A stretch of DNA of 64,000 nt from Antedon mediterranea (lineage: Eukaryota; Animalia; Echinodermata), in assembly GCF_964355755.1 (NCBI RefSeq), contig NC_092670.1, forward strand, positions 38,676,388-38,740,387, given 5' to 3'. Positions 16,601 through 28,600 of this stretch are shown one piece after another. The notes under the pieces are model-generated. The model searched no databases. It saw only the letters and a list, made by a program, of their open reading frames with translations, and was not told the DNA's origin. Both the position numbers and the translations under genes were made by a program. The stretch's first letter is position 1. Every line of letters begins with the position of its first letter.

Positions 16601-19600
16601 CGAGTTAGGTTATCCGCAACGCAAAAGCCAGAATATTGCGCGCAGAAAAACGATTATGCCATTGAAAAAATGTTAGTGCGCTCTCTATTTTGTGTCACCT
16701 CTAAGTATATACGGTATAACACTATGTACTGTATACGTACTACATACAGTGCAGAATAGGTGAAAAGAAGTGACCAAAGTTATTGACGCTTTTGAACATG
16801 ATGACGTCATCACAATTTTAAAAATGGTGAATCATGCGAAAGATAATTGATTGACCTAGACAATATAAAAAAATTGAGTGAAATGGAATACGGATAAGTA
16901 GAGATGCGCTCTATTAAATGTGACGAGCTATGACGAAAGAGACAAAAATCCTATATTTCATATTCGAGTGGCCAAACGATGACGTCACAATGTCCGGTTA
17001 GACATATCGATGCATGATTCGATATCTACAACTCATTATCTTCCAGAAGGTGTAATTTAAAAAAAGTTCTCCTCGTAGTTTACAATCTATGACTGTTTTA
17101 AAAAAGGCATAATTTTGACGAATTTTTGAAGTTTTTAATCAAAAACACGCGCAAATTATCCAATTCTACGTGCTCGTGTGACGTGATTTTAAGTCGAAAT
17201 TGATTGAAAATTTATAAATTTACTAGAAAAAGCTGAAAAAACAAAAATCAAGCAAAAAAAAGATGTTTTTGCGCTACGTGCGCACGCGCGCGTACAAAAT
17301 TTGCGCACGCGTGGGAATTTTTGAAATGCTCAAAATGACATGAAACGCATAGAAAATTGATTAGAAATTGATTTTTCGCATTTTGAAATTTTAAACGCGC
17401 GTGCGCGCGTAACTTTCTTTGAAATATTCCATTTTTCATCCATAGAAAGTTTGCGCTTGATATGACTTAAATGTTCACCAAGTGTCATTCCAAATTGACT
17501 TTTGGTTTTTAGTCTATGTTAAATACGCGAAATTCATAAAATCGCGCGTAACTTACGCTGCGCGACTCTAAAGTAAAAAAACGAGCTGTCCTGCACTTCT
17601 ACAGATAGAGGTAAATCTTCTGACAAAGTTATACGATGTAATGTTGATCAGAATTTGAGATACACGTGACACAAAATTTTGGGAAAGAAAGAAGAATAAC
17701 ATAGAAAAAAAAAAAAAAAAAAAAAAAGATCCTGACAATAACAAGAGGTTATCCGCCAAGTGCGGATAACCAATAATTATTTCACTCATAAAAATAAAAA
17801 CAAAATTTTAACCAAAAAACCATTGTCTGACAGATAATTTAAGTATTTTTTGCTTTAAATTACATTTTTTCAGATAAATCATTTTTTGATGAATTATGTG
17901 ACATTAAAATGGCATAATCAACAAGAAATTGGAAAAAAAAATATCATTAATTAGACCAGGGAGTTGTAATTAATTACAACTAATTAGACACAGTAATTAA
18001 TATGCATACAATTGATTAGTAATGATTGTCAGACATTTGGATGTTAATGCCAGTGGTAACAGATGCCAACTATTGAATTTATAGTAATATTACTATTTAC
18101 ATTTCTATTATTAAACTGTTGTCAGCCAATGCCTCTATAGCTCAGGGGTTAGAGCACTGGTCTTGTAAACCAGGGGTCGTGAGTTCAAATCTCACTAGGG
18201 GCTAATATTTTGTCATTCATTTGTATTTTATTTTATATTAATTAGTATGTGTATATATTTATATATTATCAGTTATTTATGATAAAAATTTTTTTTTTTT
18301 ACCAGGAATTTTCAATCAACGATGTATCGATAGTTGTAGCGCCACCGGATGACACAGATAAGCCTGTGGTGGACATAGCGCTTCACATTCCGTTTCTGAG
18401 CTTTAGCGTAATGGACACTCTCAGGATTGTGACATTCATCCTCATGCAGCAGCCAATCATCTTCATAGCATCTAATTATGCCTTGTTAACTCATGTAATG
18501 GAGGTATGTCTAGCTATATTTAGAATGTATAAAAAAAATAATAGGCTTATTATTTGCCTTTAGGCAATTATATTAAAGAGAATTGAAGCATTAGGAAACT
18601 GTATCACACAGAAGCGGTAGTGTTTGAATCATCTTCATTGTTTTTTTATTTTATTGTCATTAATGGGTTGTCTTTGGTTAGCCTATTTCCTGTTAAGAGT
18701 CTAGATAAGTTTATCATTATCAGATTATAATCAAACAAACACTCAAAGTGCTCTGATCTATGCGAAAGAGATTTATATGAAATAGCGCTATATAAATGTC
18801 GAAGCTTATAGCAAAAAATTGGAATTGAAAACTCAGACTGGCCATGCGCAAACCCAAAAGCACGTCTGGGAGAGTAGACTCTATGAGATGTACTGTAGGC
18901 AGACAGTAGTCTGTAAGACCTCTATGAGATGTACTGTAGGCAGACAGTAGTCTGTAAGACCTCTATGAGATGTACTGTAGGCAGACAGTAGTCTGTAAGA
19001 CCTCTATGAGATGTACTGTAGGCAGACAGTAGTCTGTAAGACCTCTATGAGATGTACTGTAGGCAGACAGTAGTCTGTAAGACCTCTATGAGATGTACTG
19101 TAGGCAGACAGTAGTCTGTAAGACCTCTATGAGATGTACTGTAGGCAGACAGTAGTCTGTAAGACCTGTTCAATAAACAGTGTTTTTGTTTTAGCTGTCA
19201 TTTTTTGTAAGAAATGTTTCTTGTTTTATCTTTGACTTACATTTGTACATTTGTTGTTTTTGTTTTTATTTTACAGTGTTTTATGGTGTTCATCTTGCCA
19301 TTTAAGTGGCCGTTTACCTATGTGCTTATTGTTTTTATTTTACAGTGTTTTATGGTGTTCATCTTGCCATTTAAGTGGCCTTTTACCTACGTGCCCATTG
19401 TTTCTACCATGTTGCTAGACCTTCTTGAAGCTCCTGGTGTATTCCTCATGGGATGCCACTCTGAACATTCCAAGTCTGTCAAAGAGGTACAGTAAACCAC
19501 ACTCCTTGTGAAATTATTGATTGGACATGGGTGAACATTCATATCTGAAAAGAGAAGAAGTTTTAAACTCTGTCTACACTATCCAACTTTATGTGACCAA

Positions 19601-22600
19601 AAAATGTGATGTGCCCATATACAAAGAAATTGATGTCATATCTGGGAGATGTACTCCCTGGTCATATCACTACCATATTTGGGCACATCAAACTTTTTTT
19701 GTCAAACTAATTTGATAGTGTAGACAGAGCTTTTAGACCTGCCAATGTTGTCTGATGTGTGTTCTCTGGCAATATATTGATATTGCATAGCATTGAGAGT
19801 AAATAGGTACTGGTCCCTTTCTAAGGATGATAAATGGAGCTGTAGTTTGGGGTTAATGTGCTTGCCTTCCAATCCCAAAGTCCAGGGTTCAATCCTGACC
19901 TAGTGTCAGGTTTGTAACTCACCTACTCACACTTTCAACTACACTCACTAAGCCTCAAATGCTTAAGTTTATAACCACAATAAATTATTAATATCCATTC
20001 TGTAATTGGCAAGTTACGCGATGTTGGATGCGTATGAAATAAACAAATAAATAAATAAATATGCACTTATTTTTCTATCAACAGATTAAAGGCATGGTTG
20101 TTGTTGACATTGATCAAGGCTCCATTGAAGCTTGTCAAAGTGTTAAGATACCAACAATCCCAAAACAAGCTGTATCGGTATTCATGGAGAAGTAAGAATG
20201 AATGACTTACATATAAACCAATAAATATGTATGAAATACAAAAATTAAATAAATAAAAACCAAAATAATTCAACAATTATTTATTTAAATGCCCTACAAA
20301 TAATACAGAGCATAAAAATGAGGACCAATCTAGAAGTGAACTTGTCTCAGTTCGCCCTTTAACATGGTTACAATACTTAGTGAAGTCCACAACTTTGGAA
20401 ACATAAGATAAGATAACTTTTAATAGGGGTGCCTACCAATAAATTAGAGTGATTATTTCAGCACTGCCATCACTTTACCATGTATTACTATTCCTCAGTT
20501 TCAGCAGTGTGCGTCGTTATATGGTAGATTTGTTGATGGTTGGACGACCTGACCCGACCAGCCTTGAGTCTGCCAACTGCTTCACAGACAAGATGCATAG
20601 AAAATTTCAACTGGAAATACAAAATCATTTCTTGGAATTCATGGCCAATCTTTTCAGGTAAAATATGTTGATTAATTTCTATCAAACAATATTTAGTTAA
20701 GTATTATTATTATTTAATTATTTATTCTTATACTGGGTAGCCTCTTTAGTCTAAGACTGTTCTCCCAGAGGACCCAGTGTATGTGGGGGAATATCCTGCA
20801 ACTACAGTAGCAACCCACTGGGCTGAACTGTGCATGTGTGGATGAAATGTTGCAATAACTTCAAAACTATACAAGATGTTCATTTTATAATGTATCTTTT
20901 TAAAGAGATATTCAAGATTTCATCAGTCCTGAAATTCAGTGTGTCAAAAAAGAGGATTTTGTGATGTCAAGACCAGAGGATGAAAGATATTTCTACAAAA
21001 AGGTAAACATTTAAGTATTTATGCTAAATATTCTACAGCTATTAATAATAAAACACTCGAGATGTTTTTACTTCATATTTCTCTACATGGACGGTGATTT
21101 CTGTACTTTACAAGTTCTTTCCTTTATCTGGAGATTTCTGTACTTCATATTGTATGGTCTTCCAAGGTTTCTTTGTCTGAAAGGTGTTTACTTTGAAGGT
21201 TCTTAATTTGAAGGTGTCCCTCATTGGGAAGGTCTTCAGTTGAAGAAATCATGTATTTTCATATATATATTTTAAAATTTTTTAGATTATGGAACAACAA
21301 ATGTTCAAGACATTTCTTGACGATCGTCTTGACAAAAAGCAGGATTACTATACCAGATTGGAAAGAAGGACAAGACCGCAAAGCTCGACAAACATTGGTT
21401 TATTTTCCGATTTTCCTAGGTAAGATCTTTGATGTATTTTGCTGTGCTTTAAGAGTGCTATATACATGGTCATGGTATGTCTCTTCCTAAAAGGTGTTTA
21501 ACTATCTTTGAAGGTTTCATCTCTAAAGTTTAAGAAGGAGAAAGAACCATATATGCTTAAAACATTTCCAAAAGGCTTGTTCTTTGCATAAACATAATTT
21601 ATGACTAAACTTATAATAATATGGTTTACTGCAATATATTTGTATTCTTAAGCTCTGTCTACACTATCAAACTAGTTTGACAAAAAAAGTGTGATGTGCC
21701 CATATATGGTAGTGATATGCTTAAATATGGTAGTGATATGACATCATGTTCATATATGGGCACATCACATTTTTTTGTCACAAAATTTGATAGTGTAGAC
21801 AGAGCTTTAATTAGCAGAAATATTTGTTAAAAAAAGGCAAAATACATCATGTATCAATTCTATAATACATTCATCGAATTATGTATAAAAGCTTACATTA
21901 AAAAGCATTTAAAAATACATCATTGCTTCTTTGTACTCCTTTGAAGCGGGGGTCGCAGATGGAGAGTGCCACATGCAAACACCTTGCTACCTGTGTGCCA
22001 TGTTGCTGGTAAAGATGGGTAAATTTCACTTGCTTCATGTCATATATTTACATTATATCAATTAACATATTTATTTTACAACCTATGTAAAATTATCAAG
22101 GCCGTAGCAAGAGGTTAAAAACAGACAAGGCAAAGATGCTTTAAATACAATAATTACTATAAAATACGACGATCTGTATGCCTCGTCTGCCTCATGCTGG
22201 CTACGGCCCTGATTATGAAATTAAAACCCACAAGTTGTTAACCTGATGGAATATATAAATAAAAGTATAACTGGAATGGACACTCTATTGCACTATACTA
22301 ATACAAAACATTCATTAGTTATTCTATAACACACCTACTGTTCTAATTCTATATAATTAATGAACTGCTTCTACCTTGAATCAAATGTCGAATGCTAGGC
22401 CACTAATGCCACTCATCGATTGAGGTGTAATGAAAGCTTACATTTTCATTGCTTCTTTGTACTCCTTTGAAGCGGGGGTCATAGGTGGAGAGTGCCACAT
22501 GTAAACACCTTGCTACCTGTGTGCCACGTCACTGGTAAAGATGGGTAAATTTCACATGCTTCAAATAATTTTTATCTTGTATTCACATCATTATCAAAAC

Positions 22601-25600
22601 ATATTTATTTATTATAAATTTTAGGTAAGTATGAAATTAAAATCCATGAATTCCCTAAAAACTCATCTCAATGTTTTAATTTGTAAATTTAAATTAAATT
22701 TTAACAGATTTTTGGGGAGTTTAATACATTTTTTTGTGTATACACATTTATATATGTTTATTTAGTTGTCAGCAATGCTCCCTATAGTGTTGGCAGGTTT
22801 GTTTTTCACTTACGTATATGTTTTACACATGAGGCCTAACCTTTTACACTTCACACAAATACTGTATAGTATACAAATACTAATGTTATGCATTGAATTG
22901 GGGAGAATATTTCATAAGTTGACTGTAAGATTGACTGTAAAATCATACAGTCAGACGGTCAATGAATAAAAATATTCTACCGATTTAATAAATACAAAAC
23001 ATTCATTATTTGTTTTAACACGCCTCACTGTACCGAACTAAAACCAGGAAAGAGTGAATTTCACTCTTTCCTGGTGTAAACTGTTTATTTATTCACATAT
23101 ATACTGCACAGAATCATGCATGAACACATCACATATTATGTTATAATTACATATTTAACAATAATTACAACCATTTGACTTGAGGGTCTTAAAAGGGAAC
23201 ATACAGGCATAAAATCTTTAACTTTCACTTAAACATGTATTGAGTCCCCCTAATAAATTATTCTTTAAAAATGTGTTGTTAAATATGCCAGTTTAATGTC
23301 GCATGAAAGTTATCCACTTTGAAAAAAAATTGGATCAAAAAAAAAAATTTCTGCCAGCCAGTTTTTTGGTTGAATTTAACCATTTATTTTGTTACTTCAT
23401 TCTATACGTGTCAATCAATCAATCAGCCATCTTCATCATGACATTGTTTTTTTAGAGGGTCTTAAGCTCTGTCCACACTATCAAACTAGTTTGACAAAAA
23501 AGTGTGATGTGCCCAAATATGGTAGTGATATGACATCATCATGTCCATATATGGGCACATCACATTTTTTTTTCACATAAAGTTTGATAGTGTAGACAGA
23601 GCTTTTGAGTTAAACACAACAATTAAAATTAGTGGTTCAGCTCAAAACTTCCCTCGTGGATTATGCACGAAACTGATGCTGGGGTAGAACGCCTCAACTA
23701 CTTCAGTAAAGCTTGGTTCCCACTAGAACGCAACGCAAGGACGTAAGCCGCAATGTAAGCGAATTTACCAATCCAAGCAATGGATTATGCGAACCGTTCC
23801 TTGTGATTGGTCAATTCGTTTTCATTGCGGCTTACGTCCTTGCATTGCGTTCTAGTGGGAACCAAGCTTTATGATTACACTACAATGTAACTGGACGTTA
23901 AATAATGAAAAAATTATTTTTTTATAGATACCACCCATCGACACGTGTCCAGTCAGCCATGGCAATGAGACGTAAATCTTCAGCATCTACCGATAACATA
24001 AAGCAGCAATTTACCCCTCACACGCACCTGACCTTGCCGTCATTTGATTTGTCACTAGACGAGGCTTCAGTTACAGGTACAGTACACCTATCTCAGGTTG
24101 TATTTTACATTATTTTTTTAATTTCAATTTCTTTTATTTAAAAGAAAATTCGCATTGCATGCTACAGTATATGTACATTGTAGATAATTGTTTAGAATAT
24201 TCAATTTTTAATTAATATTATCTCATCTCAAATTCCTTTAGGATCAAAGCAATTGACAGCACAAGTTTTCTTTGATAAATGTGTCACAGAACTAACAGAA
24301 GTTTTGTCAGTAAGCATATTAATGAATTAATATTCTAGTTAATAACTATATTAGTTAGACCCACCTATATTGAACAAAATTATGTATGACTAACAGGGAT
24401 ATAATATATTTACTGAAATACAGAACAGTGTTACTTATGATAACATAGCAGCTGGGCTTCTGAACTTCATTGACTCTTTAGAAGTCCCAGACATTTTTGT
24501 CAAACAAATAAATGAAACCTATGTTAAAATAGAATTTTTTTAGACTTCATCTTATAGAAGATAAAGCATGCCACCCACTGGCAGATCCAGAATTTTGAAA
24601 TACTGTAGGGGGGGGGGGGGGGCTAAAAATGGTGAAATGAAGGGCTGAGCTTAATTTGCAAATTTAGGGAGGGGGTTGTTCCCCTGCCAGCCCACTACAT
24701 TACCTTCCACCATATATCACCTAATATTTGGTTCACTTTTCTTGCAGAATGTGCGTAACACAAGTATAAAAGCATCATACCTGTATCTGCGTGGAATGTT
24801 TCATATTGCTAACTCACACTTTATCACTGGTCTTGAGGATCTATGCAACTTGAACACAGTTGACCTATCCATCATGCCTATTAAGTATGAGAACTTATTC
24901 ATTTAAACGTGTAAATTACCTTGTCTTGAATTTTATACCCAGGAAACCGCATATCATGTATGTATTTATATGACGATGAATAAAGAATCTTGAATCTTGA
25001 ATCTAAAGACGCTCCTATTTAGTGTAAGGCTAGGACCCAATGGCCTTAATACCAGTATAGGTATGATAGTCATTCATTTTAAAGTGTACATACGCTCCTA
25101 TATAGTGAAGGGATAGGACCCAAAATGGTTATATTCAAAACATCAAAATGGAGACAGGAGCATGCTAATGGAAAGACACTAACACTAATCCTGACACTAA
25201 AGCTCTGTCTACACTATCAAACTTTATGTGACAAAAAAAATGTGATGTGCCCATACTGTATATAGTAATGATGATATCATGTCACTACCATATTTGGGCA
25301 TATCACTACCATATCTGGGCACTTCAAATTTTTTTGTCAAACTAGTTTGATAGTTTGGACAGAGCTTAACACTTATCCACTAGCCATGAGTATGTACCTG
25401 TATTTTCATTGCCCCTTGATAGATAATTACTTTTCTTTAACATTTAAAAGTTTCATGGCAAAAGTGATAGCGGATTTGCCACAATCAGACGTGGAAGTTG
25501 TCAAGAGAAATCCATTCTATCGAAGCAAAGAATTTCTCAGTAAGGTTGAACAGAAGAATTGCATGAGACAGCAAAGACTACATTACAAAGAGTTTGACAT

Positions 25601-28600
25601 GGACAACCTACCAGAGAAACTTGGTACAATATCTTATCTTAAACTCTGTCTGCACCATCAAACTAGTTTGACATGAAAGTGTGATGTGCCCAAATATGGT
25701 AGTGATATGCTTAAATATATGGTAGGGCTATGACATCATTGTGTCCATATATGGGCACATCACATTTTTTTGCTACATAAAGTTTGATAGTGTTTACTTT
25801 ATGTATTTAAATGTAAATTCCACCTTGTGAATTGTATTGGAAATAGTACTGTATTTTAGCATGTACTGTACCTCACCATGTACTGTACCTCACCATGTAC
25901 TGTACCTCACCATGTACTGTACCTCACCATGTACTGTACCTCACCATGTACTGTACCTCACCATGTACTGTACCTCACCATGTACTGTACCTCAATGAAG
26001 GGCATGTAAATTGCTGAGGAGGAACAAGGAGACAACCTTATTACCATAATTATGTCTTTCTTTTAAGATTTGGAGGATTTTATTAAACGGATTCAGATTA
26101 TGGAGATTGCTATGGATAAAGACGTGATTGAAAGGTTGTTTAAAGCTCTCACAGTTGGAAATGATGGTAAGCACCCCAACCCCTCCCTCACCTGTTATTT
26201 AAACTGTGCTTGACTACTGTATAGAGTAATATTCCGTGGCTGCAGTAAAGTTGGGCTACACTGCTGGTTACCACGACCCACCTTAAAGCTCTGTCTACAC
26301 TATCAAACTAGTTTGACAAAAAAAGTGTGATGTGCCCAAATATGGTAGCAATATGCCTTAAAAATGGTAGTGATATGACATTGTCATGTTCATATATGGG
26401 CACATCACATTTGTCACATAAAGTTTGATAGTGTAGACAGAGCTATGTTAAAACAAAAGTATCTGCACTGTTGTGAAAATCATTTGTTTTCTGTCATTCT
26501 ATCTTCTGCAGAGTTGCTGTCAGACACATTTTCAAGTTTTGTTGATAGCTGGAAAGATAATGGCACTGAAACAGACGCCATCTACCCGCATCTGCAAGCT
26601 CACTTAAAGGAAGGAGAAGAGTATCCAATAAAGGTATCTGGATGGATATCATCAGGAGATGGGTCTGGACGATTGGTACTAACTCAAAAGAGGTAATTAA
26701 ATTCCTCATATAATTTTTGTTAAATTATTAATCTGTTCTATTGATACTGTGAAATTATATATTATAACCGGATAAACGTTGGTTTCATTTACCTATAAGA
26801 TAGTTGAACATGGACACAGTCAACTGATAACATTTCTAAGTAGTTGTGACTATCATATAAATACGTTTAAGATTTAACGTCTCGGAAGATTCGACACAAT
26901 TTAGAAGTTGTTTCAAAATAATGTAGAATTAAAGAAAGAAAACAAATATCCACAATATTTCCATCAATTTACAGTCAAGACCTCCCTGTATAATTTAGTA
27001 AACATATTCTTGATTTTAGGTTAGTGTTCTTAGGGGATGGAAACCAGAAATTTCATGATGTCATAAATTTAACAGATATTAAACGTATGGAGAAAATTGA
27101 ACATTTTACCTCTCTCAAGTCACTATATGTTGCTGCTCTTCGGATACATAGCAACAAAGGTAAGGATACATAGCAACAAAGGTAGGGATACATAGCAACA
27201 AAGGTTATACATAGCAACAAAGGTAGAGATACATAGCAACAAAGGTAGAGATACATAGCAACAAAGGTAGGGATACATAGCAACAAAGGTAGGGATACAT
27301 AGCAACAAAAGGTAGGGATACATAGCAACAAAGGTAGTGTTACATAGCAACAAAGGTAGGGATACATAGCAACAAAGCAGGGACACATAGCAACAAATGT
27401 AGCGTTACATAGCAACAAAGGTAGGGATACATAGCAACAAAGCAGGGACACATAGCAACAAATGTAGCATTACATAGCAACAAAGGTAGAGATACATAGC
27501 AACAAAGGTAGTGTTACATAGCAACAAAGCAGGGACACATAGCAACAAATGTAGCGTTACATAGCAACAAAGGTAGAGATACATAGCAACAAAGGTAGTG
27601 TTACATAGCAACAAAGGTGGGGATACATAGCAACAAAGATAGTGTTACATAGCAACAAAGGTGGGGATACATAGCAACAGAGGTAGGGATACATAGCAAC
27701 AAAGATAGTGCAACAAAGTTAGGAATATTTGAATATATTTGCCAGCTGTAATTTAATTGATGTTTCTGTGTGATTTATTAAATGTTTTTACTTTTGCATT
27801 CTGATAATTCTTGAAGAGGGAGACAAACCATATACTGTAAACTTAAAATCTGAACGTAATAGCTGGCAATTGTTGATAACTGAGATGTGGAATGGAAGGA
27901 TTGTGTCACATGCACAAAAAGATGATCAGGTAAATGAATAAAGGAACTAGTTGGGAGACAGAGAGAGTATGATGTGAGGAACTACCATGCTATGTCTGAA
28001 TTGCTCGAAGCCTGTCATGTCAACACCAGCACATAATTTAGATTTAACACTGAAACCAAAAACTATTACTGTATCATCATTATTTTTAGGTAATAACGGA
28101 AGCAGCACTGAATGTGATGCTGCTGGACGCTGTCATCCGGAGTTCAGAGTCAGAGAATGCTTCGCATGCAAGACATGTAGAGAGTGCTGCTGGGGTTAGT
28201 ATAGTACATTTCATTTCAAGTAACATTTATTTCTTCTTTCAAATGTAATGTTAACATTTGACAAAAAAGTATTAAAATAAATAATTAATAAACTTTTCAT
28301 TTAAAAAAGCAAATCAAATTTTAAAAATATGCTAAAAAGATGAGGCTAGAAGTTATACATCAATTGGATTACTCTAATTGACACTTGTGGCGGGCAAGCC
28401 AGATATAATATATCTACAAACAATTGTGAGTAATGAAAACACAGACCACAAAAAATAAGGGTTGTGCTTTTTTATGGACCTTGGTATTTAAAGCCTGTTT
28501 CTTACATTAAAATGTTATTTTCTCCAGCACCTGTCCCAATTTACACATAGTACTACTAAGAAAAAAAAGTCACCAAATGCATTGAAACATAGAATAAACC

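Noticed and set aside
17248-17789. ORFs shared with 38268-38826
   Set aside because: Lie within non-autonomous HINE copies; no Rep/helicase motifs
18879-19165. CRISPR-like array (also considered for 27143-27718 and 41369-41914)
   Set aside because: Units are head-to-tail with no unique spacers, no cas genes, and lie in eukaryotic introns
19836-19905. Additional tRNA gene
   Set aside because: Acceptor and anticodon stems do not pair; decayed relatives elsewhere indicate a SINE head
27053-27614. Cys/Leu-rich repetitive ORFs on the minus strand
   Set aside because: Translations of the 22-bp minisatellite
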